From contig JBFWJG010000003.1 of NCBI GenBank assembly GCA_050253335.1, forward strand, positions 14,143 through 78,142: a DNA stretch of 64,000 nucleotides, in the 5' to 3' direction. Positions within the stretch are counted from its first letter, which is position 1; every line of letters starts with the position of its first letter. Source of the DNA: Deferribacterales bacterium. GTDB taxonomy: Bacteria > Chrysiogenota > Deferribacteres > Deferribacterales > Geovibrionaceae. The notes beneath the pieces are model-generated. The model made no database searches, was not told the DNA's origin, and was given only the letters and a program-made list of their open reading frames with translations. Shown piece by piece: positions 47,849-59,095 of the stretch. The position numbers were made by a program, and so were the translations under genes.

Positions 47849-48298
47849 ATGACAGAACTTCAGGAAACCACAGAATCGGTTATGACTAACCGCAGAAATT
47901 TTATCCGTTCGAAAATTGCATTGAAAATGTGCGGCTTTTTCTTTGATCAGGGGGACGCCGGCGAAAGAGCTTACAGCGGGTGTTTCATGTGCAAAACCAT
48001 AGACATGAGCGAAGGCGGGATGCAGGTCATGCATAACGGCAGTCTGAAGCCGGGCGACATGGTTGAGCTCAGGACAAAAAACGCAATAAGCTTCCCCAAA
48101 TGCATGAAGTGCGACAAATACTACAACATGCGCTCGAAAATTGAGCTTATGCCTCTCACCGCCAGAGTAATATGGACCCAAGGAAACAGATGCGGACTTG
48201 AGTATATCAAGCTCTCAAACTTCAACAGAAACGTTATCTCCAGAATAGTCTGGCAGAAGCATATAGAAGAGATTAAAAAGCAGAGTGAGATTAAATAA
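47849..48298 (+). CDS. PilZ domain protein
   Basis: RRNFIR (RxxxR) and DMSEGG motifs; ARVIW..CGLEY. Confidence 0.8.
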   Translation: MTELQETTESVMTNRRNFIRSKIALKMCGFFFDQGDAGERAYSGCFMCKTIDMSEGGMQVMHNGSLKPGDMVELRTKNAISFPKCMKCDKYYNMRSKIELMPLTARVIWTQGNRCGLEYIKLSNFNRNVISRIVWQKHIEEIKKQSEIK

Positions 48299-48388
48299 TA
48301 AAAATTGTTACCTGAAAATTTGTACTATCCTATTGACAACCTCCTAGGTATGGAATATGCTAGAGCATAAACTAAATCACCTAGGAGG

Positions 48389-48991
48389 ATGTCAATGAGC
48401 CTTGTAACAAAACAAGCACCGCTTTTTAAAGAAATCTCCGTCGTGGGAAAAGAATTTAAAGACGTAAGCCTCGAAAGCTACAAAGGAAAATGGGTTATTC
48501 TTTTCTTCTATCCCCTCGACTTCACATTTGTTTGCCCCACTGAAATAACAGCTCTTTCAGACGCTACACCCGAGTTTGCAAAAAGAAACGCACAGATAAT
48601 AGGCGTTTCCACTGACAGCAAATTCTCCCACCTTGCATGGATAAACACTCCCCGCTCCGAAGGCGGCCTCGGCGAAATAGCCTACCCCCTTGTTGCGGAT
48701 TTCACTAAAAAAATCTCCGAGGAATACGGCGTGCTTCTCCCCGAAGGAATGGCACTCAGAGCAACTTTCATCATCGACCCTCAGGGCGTTGTTCAGTTTG
48801 AGCTGATCCACGCTTTAGGCATAGGCAGAAATGTTGACGAGGTTCTCAGAAGCCTTGACGCGCTTCAGTTTGTTGCAAAACACGGCGAGGTTTGCCCCGC
48901 AGGCTGGACTCCCGGAAAAGACACGATGATCCCTGACCCTGAAAAGAAAAAGGATTTCTTTAAGAAAAATCCCGCAGGACATCAGTCTTAA
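48389..48991 (+). CDS. ahpC: Typical 2-Cys peroxiredoxin
   Basis: FFYPLDFTFVCPTE and GEVCPAGW. Confidence 0.95.
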   Translation: MSMSLVTKQAPLFKEISVVGKEFKDVSLESYKGKWVILFFYPLDFTFVCPTEITALSDATPEFAKRNAQIIGVSTDSKFSHLAWINTPRSEGGLGEIAYPLVADFTKKISEEYGVLLPEGMALRATFIIDPQGVVQFELIHALGIGRNVDEVLRSLDALQFVAKHGEVCPAGWTPGKDTMIPDPEKKKDFFKKNPAGHQS

Positions 48992-49191
48992 TAATAAAAA
49001 TCCGCACATCCTGTCGGATTTTTATACACGCTCGCGCCCTGCTTAGCAGGGCTTCGCTACACACGGTGCGCTCCCTTCCATGGGAGCGTTTTCGTTTACA
49101 TCAGTCTTAATAATAAAAATCCGCACATCCTGTCGGATTTTTATACACGCTCGCGCCCTGCAAAGCAGGGCTTCGCTGCACACGGTGCGCT
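48979..49191. repeat. Two-copy (119-bp period) member of the same repeat family as 43143-43670
   Basis: acatcagtcttaataataaaaatccgcacatcctgtcggatttttatacacgctcgcgccctgc.. at 48979 and 49098. Confidence 0.92.
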
Positions 49192-49273
49192 GAATCCCCT
49201 GAATCAAAATAGTGAAATCCCCTATTCTGATAACAAGATTGGGGATTTTTCTGTTTCAGGAAAATATACTCCC

Positions 49274-49354
49274 GTCATCCTGAGGCTTTGGCCGAAGGAT
49301 CTGAACCCATGGATTTTTTAACGGTATCAGATTCTTCGCTATGCTCAGGATGAC
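49274..49354. repeat. REP-like inverted pair (GTCATCCTGAG..GGATCT / AGATTCTTCG..CAGGATGAC)
   Basis: Arms at 49274-49303 and 49329-49354; same type as 43696-43764. Confidence 0.75.
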
Positions 49355-49431
49355 ATATCCGTGTGCCTTTTGAGAATTTTCGACAATTCTATCCAGCTTC
49401 CTGAAAACAGACTGCAGTTCTCATAAAGAAA

Positions 49432-49977
49432 CTACTGAATCCCCGCGCCCATTGCCTTTGCTCTGCCGAGGCTGTCAGTGTTCTTCACATCACCTTTTTC
49501 GGAAACACCCGCAACAAGAAGCTTTCCCTTGTCTGTCCATCCGCTGTAGGCGGCAAGATGCTCGTATGTTTTCACCATGCCCTCAAAAACAGCTTCCTCC
49601 TCATCCGCTCCGCAGGCGATAAGACAGCACTCCCTGACCCCGAGAGGATGTTCGGTAATGTAGAAAGAGTAGAGCTTATCTATTGCGGCTTTAAGCTGGG
49701 CGGGGAATGAAAAGCAGTATAAAGGAGCGGCAAAAACAAGCACTTCCGCCTTTTCGAGATGCGGTGCGAGCTCATTGAAATCATCATCAAAAACACATGC
49801 CCTGCCCTTTGAGAAACAGGCGTTGCAGGCTCTGCACCCTTTTATATCCTTAAAGGCCGCTTCAAACTTAGTCACTGAATGCCCTGCAGATTCCGCCCCC
49901 TCTATAAAGGCATCCGCCAGAAGATCGCTGTTTCCGCCCTTTCTCGGACTGCCGGTGACAACCAGAATATTTTTCAT
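49432..49977 (-). CDS. Flavodoxin family protein (iron-sulfur flavoprotein/FMN reductase-like)
   Basis: GSPRKGGNS, CRACNAC...C, APLY..LKAAID. Confidence 0.88.
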   Translation of the reverse strand: MKNILVVTGSPRKGGNSDLLADAFIEGAESAGHSVTKFEAAFKDIKGCRACNACFSKGRACVFDDDFNELAPHLEKAEVLVFAAPLYCFSFPAQLKAAIDKLYSFYITEHPLGVRECCLIACGADEEEAVFEGMVKTYEHLAAYSGWTDKGKLLVAGVSEKGDVKNTDSLGRAKAMGAGIQ

Positions 49978-50205
49978 TTCTACCTCCGTATTTTTCTTTA
50001 TTCTCATCTCTCACACGCAAAATGTAAAGTACGCACTATTTATGCATATACTGCCCTCTGTGATAGTTATACGGAAAATGCAGACTGCGGTTAATTAATC
50101 CGCAGGAAATGCCTTATTTTTAATCAGTCGTTTCAAAATTAATCGATAAATATTCTTAACTGTTCTCATGTAACGAAATTTTCACCCTATTTGATTTACC
50201 GATGA

Positions 50206-50221
50206 AGGCACGGTTCTTGCT
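50206..50221 (+). promoter_or_regulatory. Sigma54 promoter
   Basis: AGGCAC-GGTTC-TTGCT, 45 bp upstream of the ATG at 50266. Confidence 0.75.
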
Positions 50222-50265
50222 TATCATCATGCAGTTAAATCTGTTCCGAAACGGGGAAAATCAGT

Positions 50266-52866
50266 ATGTCAGTTCAGGATACGGTCACCTATAAGGATGT
50301 TGTCATACCTAAGGAGCTAATCGGGCTCATAGGCTACATGGCAGGGGTTGAGGAATACAGGGAAGAACTGCGCGCCCTCGGCGGTCAGTGGGATCTCTTG
50401 AGCATTCTGGGCAAGATAAGCGGCACAGGCACGGACATGACCGGAACCCGTGAGGGCTTCCGCCAGCTCACCTGCGAACTGCTGAGCCAGCTCGGGCTTG
50501 AGCTTCTGGACAAAACAGTGCGGGAAATAGGCGCAAAGGCGCAGGTGGCTGTGGACATCCTCATAAGAAACCTTTTTGAACGCACGGCGGATATAGGCTT
50601 TCTCGCCACGGACGACGACATCAGAGAATACATACTGAAATCCGAAGAACTGAGAAAACTGACCGCAGGGGAAGAAGAACAGATAAACCGCACAAGAATA
50701 AGAGAAGAAATGACCGCCCGAATTCAGGAGCGGTTCGCGGAATATGTCTCCAAATACTCGGTGTACTTCAACATTGTACTTCTGGATACTGAGGGGAATC
50801 TCGTTGTCCAGCTTGATAAAAGCAATAAGTTAACAAAATCCGCTGATCCGCTGATAAAGGAAGCGCTTACCACAAAGGATGAATTTGTGGAGGTTTTCAG
50901 ATATTCCGATATCCTGCCCGCACATGAGAAATCGCTGATATACGCTTACCGGGTGACAGACGGGGCAAATCTCCGCTATCTGGGCGTTTTATGCCTCTGC
51001 TTCAAGTTTCAGGACGAAATGGAGAAGATATTCCGCAAGCTGAAAACCGGTGACGAGTGGTCTGTCATATCCATACTGGACAGCGGCGGAAAGGTGATAG
51101 CCAGTTCAGACCCCTATCAGCTTCCAATAGGCGCTTCGGTTGAAATGGTGACGGAAGGCTCCTACGGCATAACCAAATTCGCTGGCAGAAAATATATAGC
51201 CAAAACATGCCCCACAAAGGGGTATCAGGGGTTCTTAGGTCTAGGCTGGCACGGACACGTGATGATGCCCATCGAGCACGCCTTTTCATCCCCGAACGGC
51301 AGACGGGAAAGCATAGACCGCAGAATAATGGAAGCTGTCATGAGCGACCCCCGTCTCTTCTCCGAGGAACTCAGAAGCATCCCCGTTCAGGCGGACAAGA
51401 TTCAGGGCGAGCTTGAGCGAACGGTCTGGAACGGAAATGTAAAGGGGAACGATCCCCGCTCAAAGATCCTTCTCTGGAGCGTCTCGGACGCAGGAGCACG
51501 CACAAAAAGCGTGTTTGAAAAATCCATAGGCAACCTCCACGAAACCGTAGTGGACTCCATTCTGGGCAATGTGTGGTTCTGGGCGGCTCTGGCGGCGGAC
51601 ATAATGGACAGAAACCTTTACGAGCGCGCCAATGACTGCCGATGGTGGGCGCTCACCTCTGCATTCCGCCGCATTCTGGGCGGCTCCGCGTCCCCAAGTC
51701 CGGAGGAGAGGGCAAAGATCTCATCCATACTTTCATATATCAACGGACTTTACACTGTTTACTCAAACCTCTTCGTATATGACGGAACAGGGAAGATAAT
51801 CGCTGTCTCAAATCAGGCGGATGAATACCTCACGGGAACAGTACTCACAAAGGAATGGGCGAGGCAGACCCTTGCGCTGAAAGACAGCCAGAAGTACACA
51901 GTCTCCCCTTTTTCAGTCTCAGAGCTCTATTCAAACAGGCATACCTACATCTACGGAGCGGCGATACTCTCGCCGGAAAACGGCAGAAAGACCGCAGGCG
52001 GGATAGGCATAGTCTTCGACAGCGAGCCTCAGTTCAGGGGAATGCTGAATGATTCCCTGCCGAGGGATGAAAAGGGGCGCATTCCGGAAGGCTGTTTCGG
52101 AGTATTCGCCGACAGGCAGAGGATGGTTATAAGCTCCACAGACCCGGAGCTCAGACCCGGCAGCATAATAAACACGCATAAGGAGCTTTTCAGCCTCCCC
52201 GCCGGCGAGGGAACATCGAAAATTGTCGAGTACAACGGATGCTACTACGCGGTCGGCGCGCACACCTCATCCGGCTACAGGGAGTATAAAACAGAGGACG
52301 GATATGTGAATGACGTTGTCGGCCTCGTTTTCATGCCCCTTGCAAAAATATCCGATTCATCGAACCTAAAACCCCGCAGGAGGGATATGGGCATACATGT
52401 CTCAAACGACAAGACAGGCACGGACTGCCTCGAGGCGGCGACCTTCTTCATCGGGCACAAATGGCTGGGGATAGATGTCAGACATGTTGTGGAGGCTATA
52501 GACCCTGACGGGCTGACCCACGTTCCCGGCAACAGGCGCTTTGTCAAGGGGCGCATAATCTATCATGATGTGCCGCTGCTTGTGGTGGATATCCGTTCGC
52601 TTCTGGAACTGCCTGAAAAAGAGATAGATTCGGAAACCCAGATAATAATCCTCACCACGGGGAAGGACCGCTTCGGCCTTGTGGTTGACGCTCTGGGAGA
52701 GATACCCGAAGTGCCTGACTCAAGGGTTGACAGGAGCGAGCACATTCTCGAAAATTCGAAATATACCGAATGCATAGTTAAGCCTGATCCGAAATCAGGC
52801 AGGAAGGAGATGCTTCTGGTGCTGAAGCCGGACGGCATAATCGCAGCCCTCAGGGATATGCTCTAG
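50266..52866 (+). CDS. Cytoplasmic protein with two Cache-like modules and C-terminal CheW domain
   Basis: Repeated RNLFERTAD / RNLYERAND segments; C-terminal 'GRIIYHDVPLLVVDIR...FGLVVDALGEI' CheW pattern; no TM seen. Confidence 0.75.
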   Translation: MSVQDTVTYKDVVIPKELIGLIGYMAGVEEYREELRALGGQWDLLSILGKISGTGTDMTGTREGFRQLTCELLSQLGLELLDKTVREIGAKAQVAVDILIRNLFERTADIGFLATDDDIREYILKSEELRKLTAGEEEQINRTRIREEMTARIQERFAEYVSKYSVYFNIVLLDTEGNLVVQLDKSNKLTKSADPLIKEALTTKDEFVEVFRYSDILPAHEKSLIYAYRVTDGANLRYLGVLCLCFKFQDEMEKIFRKLKTGDEWSVISILDSGGKVIASSDPYQLPIGASVEMVTEGSYGITKFAGRKYIAKTCPTKGYQGFLGLGWHGHVMMPIEHAFSSPNGRRESIDRRIMEAVMSDPRLFSEELRSIPVQADKIQGELERTVWNGNVKGNDPRSKILLWSVSDAGARTKSVFEKSIGNLHETVVDSILGNVWFWAALAADIMDRNLYERANDCRWWALTSAFRRILGGSASPSPEERAKISSILSYINGLYTVYSNLFVYDGTGKIIAVSNQADEYLTGTVLTKEWARQTLALKDSQKYTVSPFSVSELYSNRHTYIYGAAILSPENGRKTAGGIGIVFDSEPQFRGMLNDSLPRDEKGRIPEGCFGVFADRQRMVISSTDPELRPGSIINTHKELFSLPAGEGTSKIVEYNGCYYAVGAHTSSGYREYKTEDGYVNDVVGLVFMPLAKISDSSNLKPRRRDMGIHVSNDKTGTDCLEAATFFIGHKWLGIDVRHVVEAIDPDGLTHVPGNRRFVKGRIIYHDVPLLVVDIRSLLELPEKEIDSETQIIILTTGKDRFGLVVDALGEIPEVPDSRVDRSEHILENSKYTECIVKPDPKSGRKEMLLVLKPDGIIAALRDML

Positions 52867-53837
52867 CCGCTTTTCTCACTGACGGGGTGCATTCGCGAGG
52901 GGATATAGACAATGAAGTCCGTCCCCTTTCCTTTCACAGAGTTCACCTCTATGCGCCCGTGGTGCTTGTCTATGGCTTCCCGCGCGATGATAAGCCCGAG
53001 CCCCGTACCTTTGTTCTTAGTGGTGAAAAACGGTGTAAACAGTCTTTCCAGAACCTGCTCCTCCATTCCGGGGCCGGAATCGGAGATAACTATGCGCACC
53101 ATGGAGCAGGCCTTATCCATCTCCTTGTCCATGTACTTTATGGTGGGATCGATGGAGATCTCCACCTCAATGTCCCCTTCCGTCTGCGCCTCACAGGCAT
53201 TTTTGAGTATATTTGACAGAGCCATGAACAACTTTTCCCTGTCCGCCCTGATTGTTTTGAGATTGCGCAGAACACGGAAACGAAGCTCAATGCGGGAATA
53301 GACTATCTTTATGCCGTCCCTCAGTTCGTTTATGAAGCTTTCGACATCTATTTCATCAAACTTAACAGTCATTTCACTGAGCATATGTATATTGCCCAGG
53401 ATGGATTTTATCCTGCCGCTCTCCTTCTGGATTATGCCTGCGCATTTTTCCAGATATTCGTTCTTCGCTTTTGCGGCTATGATCTGCGCTGTTCCGTCTA
53501 TGACTGTCAGCGGGTTTTTGATTTCATGCTGAAGGGAGGATATATCCATTATATCCCCTAGGGGCTGGTTAAATTCATCAAGGGCTATAACAAAGAATTC
53601 GCAGTCCTTCCGAGAGGAGATTACCTTTATGCCGTAAGTGCCTCTGGGAGTTTTGAAAACAAGGTTATCCCCGTTTATTTTGCCGAGGAGGAACTCGCCG
53701 AACCTGCGTATGCCGAAGGCGGACATTTCATCCATCAGCAGTTCCGCCTGAAAGTTAGCGGATTTGACCTTGCCGTCCTTTGAGACAGAAAAGAAGGCGA
53801 AAGGAACATCCTCAAACTTTCTTTGAGACATTATCAC
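52863..53837 (-). CDS. Cytoplasmic histidine kinase (NtrB-like)
   Basis: QHEIKNPL, NILKNA, DSGPG, FTTKNKGTGLGL. Confidence 0.88.
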   Translation of the reverse strand: MIMSQRKFEDVPFAFFSVSKDGKVKSANFQAELLMDEMSAFGIRRFGEFLLGKINGDNLVFKTPRGTYGIKVISSRKDCEFFVIALDEFNQPLGDIMDISSLQHEIKNPLTVIDGTAQIIAAKAKNEYLEKCAGIIQKESGRIKSILGNIHMLSEMTVKFDEIDVESFINELRDGIKIVYSRIELRFRVLRNLKTIRADREKLFMALSNILKNACEAQTEGDIEVEISIDPTIKYMDKEMDKACSMVRIVISDSGPGMEEQVLERLFTPFFTTKNKGTGLGLIIAREAIDKHHGRIEVNSVKGKGTDFIVYIPSRMHPVSEKSG

Positions 53838-56125
53838 TCCGTCACATCGTAAGGCTCGAAGCTGAAATCCGTGGCGTAGCTGTCCGTGATTTTATGGGTT
53901 CCGGTATCCACCTTGTAATACATAACATTCTCAGCCGCTGGGAAAACAGCGTACGGAAACTTGTTGAGAGATGCGCTCATATAATCCACCCATGCAGGCA
54001 GAGCGGCACTTGCACCTGCCATGGAGTGGCCTATTGCCTTGAAGTCGTCAAAACCGACCCACACGCCGCTCACAACATTGGGAAGATAGCCCACGAACCA
54101 CGCATCCTTAAAGTCGTTCGTTGTGCCTGTTTTTCCGCCCGCCGGTCTTTTGAGTATCTTTGCTCTCTTTCCTGTTCCCTGTTCCACGACATTTTCCATG
54201 AGGTCAATCATTATCTGGGCTGTTTCCGGCCTGATAACGTCTGTCCTGCCCGCGGGCTTATATTCCTTGATCAGGCTTCCCCTGCCGTCCTCTATCTTTG
54301 TCACGTAGTACGGCTTAACCCTGTAGCCGAGGTTGGGGAAAACGCTGAACGCGTAAACCATTTCCATCAGCGGCGCGGAGCCGGAGCCTATGCTTACAGA
54401 GAGATCCCTCGCCAGATGCTCCGTCATGCCGAATTTTTTGGCATATGAAAGTATTGTACCTATCCCGATTTTTTCCGCCACTTTGATGGTGACAACATTT
54501 CTTGACTGCGTGAGTGCCTCTTTCAGAGTAGTCAGTCCGTAAAACCTGCCTGAGTAGTTTTCCGGCTTCCAGTACTCGCCCTCCTCGTCCATGGCCTTCA
54601 CAACAGGAGCATCGTATGTTTCCGTCATGACGTTGTAGCCGTTTTCAAGGGCAGCGGAATAAACTATGGGCTTGAAAAGACTGCCCACCTGACGCTTTGC
54701 CTGAACAGCCCTGTTGAACATTGACTTGGAATATTCAAACCCGCCTGTTACAGCCAGAACAGCCCCTGTGTGCGGCTCTATGGAGATAAGCGCGCTCTCC
54801 ACATCGGGGTCGGTCTCAATTTCGTAATAGCCGTTCTGCCTGTTTGCAACGGAAACAAAAATGACGGAGTTTTTCTTTATGATGGTGGCAAAGTCAGTCA
54901 GGCGGGAATAGCTTCCGCCTCTGGGTCTTGCCCATTTATTGTCATTAAGGCGGAGAACGCCTTTTGAGCGGTCGGGCAGAAGGATTTCAGCCTGATTTTT
55001 CTCAACCTTAGTCACAAGCGCGCGCTGAAAACCCATGGAAAGGATATACGGCCTCTCCTCTTTAAGCACAGCGTCAAGCCTTGCTCTGCGGTCTTCTGCG
55101 CTTTCCCCTTTAATCTCCTCGAAAACAGTTATATCCCCTGAATAGCCAAGTTCTTTATTAATGCGGAGTATATTGTTCTTTATGGATGTTTCGGCGTTTT
55201 TCTGCAGATCAAGATCCAGCGTTGTATAAACCCTGTACCCGCTGTTTTCAGGTTCCTCGTCCTCAAGCTCATCCTTGATAAACTTCACAACCATATCAGT
55301 GAAATAGCCTGCGTATGAATTTTTCGGCTTTATCTTCTCAATGATTTCAGCCTTCTCATCCGCCGCTTTTCTGTAGGATTCCTCTGTGATGTAGCCTGTT
55401 TCAAAAAGTCTGTAGAGCACATGGTTTCTGCGGTTTAAGGCTTTTTCCATGTTTATGTGCGGGGCGTATATTCCCGGAGCCTTCGGGATGCCCGCTATCA
55501 TGGCCGCCTGAGCCAATGTCAGCTCAGATGTCTTTTTTCCGAAGTAATTCGCGGCGGCTGCCTCAACACCGTATGCCCCCCTGCCGAAGTAAACCTGATT
55601 GAGATACATTTCAAGTATCTGCTCTTTCTCCAGGAAGTTATCCAGACGGTAGGCCAGAATCGCCTCTTTTATCTTACGTTTAAGTTTTTTTTCGGGGGTG
55701 AGGTAGATTATCTTCACAAGCTGCTGGGTGAGGGTGCTCCCGCCCTCCACAACCCTGCCCGCCTTGAGGTTGGTGACAAATGCGCGCATTATCCCCATCA
55801 TGTCAACGCCGCCGTGGTCAAAGAACCTTGCGTCCTCAACCGCCACGATGGACTGCCACATGTAATCCGGCATTTCCTTTATGGAAATGGGGTAGCGCCG
55901 TTCCGTTCCGAGCTCCGCAATGGGGTCGCCGTTACGGTCGTAAATTATTGTTGGTCTGTCGTACTGGAAGTCCTTGAGCTGTTCAACGGACGGAAGCTGG
56001 CGGCTGAGCATGTATATATATCCCAGCACGCTGCCGAAGCTGAACAGCATAATAAAAAGCGCCGCGCCAATGATAAGGTACAAAGGCTTGGTATTTCTTA
56101 TAAACTGTCTTATTGTCTCTATCAT
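53834..56125 (-). CDS. mrcA: Penicillin-binding protein 1A (class A PBP)
   Basis: [31 protein letters not shown]. Confidence 0.92.
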   Translation of the reverse strand: MIETIRQFIRNTKPLYLIIGAALFIMLFSFGSVLGYIYMLSRQLPSVEQLKDFQYDRPTIIYDRNGDPIAELGTERRYPISIKEMPDYMWQSIVAVEDARFFDHGGVDMMGIMRAFVTNLKAGRVVEGGSTLTQQLVKIIYLTPEKKLKRKIKEAILAYRLDNFLEKEQILEMYLNQVYFGRGAYGVEAAAANYFGKKTSELTLAQAAMIAGIPKAPGIYAPHINMEKALNRRNHVLYRLFETGYITEESYRKAADEKAEIIEKIKPKNSYAGYFTDMVVKFIKDELEDEEPENSGYRVYTTLDLDLQKNAETSIKNNILRINKELGYSGDITVFEEIKGESAEDRRARLDAVLKEERPYILSMGFQRALVTKVEKNQAEILLPDRSKGVLRLNDNKWARPRGGSYSRLTDFATIIKKNSVIFVSVANRQNGYYEIETDPDVESALISIEPHTGAVLAVTGGFEYSKSMFNRAVQAKRQVGSLFKPIVYSAALENGYNVMTETYDAPVVKAMDEEGEYWKPENYSGRFYGLTTLKEALTQSRNVVTIKVAEKIGIGTILSYAKKFGMTEHLARDLSVSIGSGSAPLMEMVYAFSVFPNLGYRVKPYYVTKIEDGRGSLIKEYKPAGRTDVIRPETAQIMIDLMENVVEQGTGKRAKILKRPAGGKTGTTNDFKDAWFVGYLPNVVSGVWVGFDDFKAIGHSMAGASAALPAWVDYMSASLNKFPYAVFPAAENVMYYKVDTGTHKITDSYATDFSFEPYDVTE

Positions 56126-58095
56126 TTTTTCACGCTGTACTCAAAGAGCATGTCACGGAGCCTGGCCGCTTTCTCGAACTCCAATGCCTCTGCGTATTCC
56201 TGCATTTTTTTCTTCAGTTCCGCTATGTCTTTCTCTTTATTGCCAGTCAATCTTATACCATCCTCATCAGGCAGATCAACAGTTACATAGTCTTTCTCGT
56301 AGATGCTTTCCATGATATCGGAGATTTCGTTCTTTATGGTTTCAGGTGTAATGCCGTGTTCCTCGTTGTAGGCGAGCTGCTTCTGTCTCCTGCGCTCTGT
56401 CTCCTCTATGGCGGCCTGCATGCTCGGCGTTATCCTGTCGGCGTAGAAGATCGCTCTGCCGTTCACGTTTCTCGCGGCGCGGCCTATGGTCTGGATGAGT
56501 GAGCGCTCCGAACGCAGGAAGCCTTCCCTGTCCGCGTCAAGAACGGCGACAAGACTTACCTCCGGTATGTCAAGCCCTTCTCTCAGAAGGTTTATCCCCA
56601 CAAGGACATCAAACTTGCCCAGACGCAGGTTGCGGATGATTTTGATCCTCTCCAGAGTGTCTATCTCGGAGTGCAGATATTCCACACGGACGCCCACTTC
56701 CTGATAATACTTCGTGAGTTCTTCTGCCATGCGCTTCGTAAGGGTGGTGACAAGCACACGCTCGCCGTTTGCGGTCACTTTCTGAATCTCCGCCAGAAGG
56801 TCGTCCACCTGTGACTTGGCGGAGCGCATTTCGATTACGGGGTCTATAAGCCCCGTGGGGCGGATTATCTGCTCCGCAACTATCCCTTTTGAGTCATTAA
56901 GCTCATAGTCCGCCGGAGTGGCGCTCACATACATCACCCGGTTTACCGCGCCGCGGAACTCCTCAAACTTGAGCGGCCTGTTGTCCAGAGCGGCGGGAAG
57001 CCTGAAGCCGAACTCCACAAGGGTGGTCTTGCGCGATCTGTCGCCGTTGTACATCCCGCGTATCTGCGGAACGGTTATGTGCGATTCGTCTATGATGACA
57101 AGGGCGTCCTTAGGCAGATAGCTGAGCAGGGTCGGCGGAGCCTCGCCTGTGGTGCGTCCTTCAAAAAAACGGGAATAGTTCTCTATGCCGTTGCAGTAGC
57201 CCGTCTCCATTATCATCTCTATGTCATACATGGTGCGCTGGGTAAGCCTCTGAGCCTCAAGGAGACGGTTGTTCTCCTCAAGAAAGCGGCAGCGCTCAAG
57301 AAGTTCGTTTCTTATATTCTTTACCGCGTCCTCCCTCGTTATCTTATGGGTCACATAATGAGTTGCGGGATAAACGGCAAGCTTGGGACGCTCTCTTATG
57401 GTTTTTCCGGTAACGGGGTCAAACTCAGAGAGCCTGTCCACCTCATCCCCGAAAAACTCTATGCGGTAAGCCACCGAGTCCTCATGGGCGGGGAAAACCT
57501 CAAGTGTGTCCCCTTTAAGGCGGTAGGTTCCCCTGTGGAAGTCATAGTCATTGCGCTCGTACTGGATCTCCACCAGCTTCTCCAGCACCTCTTCCATGTC
57601 GGCGGGTTCTCCCGTTTCAAGGACAACAAGCATCCCGCTGTAGGCCTCCGGCGAGCCGAGACCGTATATGCAGGAAACACTGGCGACTATTATTACATCA
57701 CGCCTCTCAAGGAGGCTTCTCGTGGCGGAGTGGCGGAGCTTGTCTATCTCCTCGTTAATGGAGGAATCCTTCTCGATGTATGTGTCACTGGAGGGGACAT
57801 AGGCCTCCGGCTGGTAATAGTCGTAATAACTGACAAAGTACTCCACAGCGTTTTCGGGGAAAAATTTCCTGAACTCGCCGTAAAGCTGGGCAGCCAGAGT
57901 CTTATTGTGGGCTATTATCAGCGTGGGGACATTAAGGCGCTCAATGACATTTGCCATGGTGTAGGTCTTGCCGGAGCCTGTAACCCCCAGAAGAACCTGA
58001 GCGTCAGCACCGTCACGGAAGTTCTCCGTGAGCAGGTCTATGGCGGCGGGCTGATCCCCCGCCGGAAGATAGTCGGAATTAAGCTTAAAAACCAT
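56122..58095 (-). CDS. uvrB: Excinuclease ABC subunit B
   Basis: [34 protein letters not shown] tail. Confidence 0.98.
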   Translation of the reverse strand: MVFKLNSDYLPAGDQPAAIDLLTENFRDGADAQVLLGVTGSGKTYTMANVIERLNVPTLIIAHNKTLAAQLYGEFRKFFPENAVEYFVSYYDYYQPEAYVPSSDTYIEKDSSINEEIDKLRHSATRSLLERRDVIIVASVSCIYGLGSPEAYSGMLVVLETGEPADMEEVLEKLVEIQYERNDYDFHRGTYRLKGDTLEVFPAHEDSVAYRIEFFGDEVDRLSEFDPVTGKTIRERPKLAVYPATHYVTHKITREDAVKNIRNELLERCRFLEENNRLLEAQRLTQRTMYDIEMIMETGYCNGIENYSRFFEGRTTGEAPPTLLSYLPKDALVIIDESHITVPQIRGMYNGDRSRKTTLVEFGFRLPAALDNRPLKFEEFRGAVNRVMYVSATPADYELNDSKGIVAEQIIRPTGLIDPVIEMRSAKSQVDDLLAEIQKVTANGERVLVTTLTKRMAEELTKYYQEVGVRVEYLHSEIDTLERIKIIRNLRLGKFDVLVGINLLREGLDIPEVSLVAVLDADREGFLRSERSLIQTIGRAARNVNGRAIFYADRITPSMQAAIEETERRRQKQLAYNEEHGITPETIKNEISDIMESIYEKDYVTVDLPDEDGIRLTGNKEKDIAELKKKMQEYAEALEFEKAARLRDMLFEYSVKK

Positions 58096-58263
58096 GAAGC
58101 TATTCTATATTTTTTTAGCGTCTGTACAATGGATAATTAATGAAACAATGCATAAAGACTTGATTTTTTCAGCATACGGTAATATTCATTTTCTTTCGGA
58201 AGAATAAAAAAACGGGGCAGAGAAGAGCAGTTCCCCGCAATTTTATGTATAAAGGTGATGAGA

Positions 58264-58515
58264 ATGCCTATTTACGAGTACAGATGCAGGTCATGCGGAA
58301 AAGTTACAGAGATGATGGAAAGCATCACAAGCGTTGAGAAAGTAAAGGAATGCCCGGCCTGTCAGGGCGAGGCGGAAAGGATCATGTCCGTGAGCGGTTT
58401 TCAGCTTAAAGGCGGCGGATGGTATGATCAGGGCTACTCAAAGGCGCCCTCATGCGCATCTGCGGATTCGGCTTCACCCAAGTGTGCGGCCTGCCCTGCC
58501 GCCGCAGGAAACTGA
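58264..58515 (+). CDS. FmdB-family zinc ribbon protein
   Basis: MPIYEYRCRSCG...CPAC...GFQLKGGGWY. Confidence 0.88.
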   Translation: MPIYEYRCRSCGKVTEMMESITSVEKVKECPACQGEAERIMSVSGFQLKGGGWYDQGYSKAPSCASADSASPKCAACPAAAGN

Positions 58516-58563
58516 ACAGACCAAGCCTGCGCGCCCGGAAAAAAGAGGGCGCGCCTTATTATC

Positions 58564-58995
58564 TCAGCCTGCGGTTCCTCCGCCGGTTCTGCTTACAGCG
58601 TTAATATAGTCTCCGAGAATGCAGTCCGTCTTGCTTATGTGGTGCGTGAGCCAGTCCTGCATTTTCCGCTGAAGCGTCAGAGGGAGAGAGACAGAATAGC
58701 CTTTTGAGAAGTAAACATCTTTTATCTCCTCAAAATCAGCCCTGAATTTCCTGTGCTGCGCTATGTGGAGCTCCATATCGTGATAATTATGCTCACGCAT
58801 GAACTCCTCTTCCCTAGGAAAGTATTTGAGTATATGAAGCTCTATAAAACGCATGGTTTTAAGGATCTCTTCCTTGCCCTCTCCGTTTTTCATGGCTTCA
58901 AGCAGGCGGTTCATGGCTGCCGTAAAAAAGCTGTGCTGCTGGTCCATGAACTCTATTCCCGTGGTAAATCCGTTCCCCTTCTTAATCATGGGCAT
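58564..58995 (-). CDS. Bacteriohemerythrin-like protein
   Basis: TGIEFMDQQH, F..EEEFM, HIAQH, WLTHHISKTD. Confidence 0.85.
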   Translation of the reverse strand: MPMIKKGNGFTTGIEFMDQQHSFFTAAMNRLLEAMKNGEGKEEILKTMRFIELHILKYFPREEEFMREHNYHDMELHIAQHRKFRADFEEIKDVYFSKGYSVSLPLTLQRKMQDWLTHHISKTDCILGDYINAVSRTGGGTAG

Positions 58996-59095
58996 TTCCT
59001 GTCTGCTATTGAATTTGGCAATAATAAGTTTTACAACAAGACTAAAACTAACACAATATTTATTCCGCGCGAATGTTAATCTAATTAAAAACAAC

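Noticed and set aside
57079..58140. 353-aa ORF on the + strand
   Set aside because: Antisense shadow of uvrB with no recognisable motifs.
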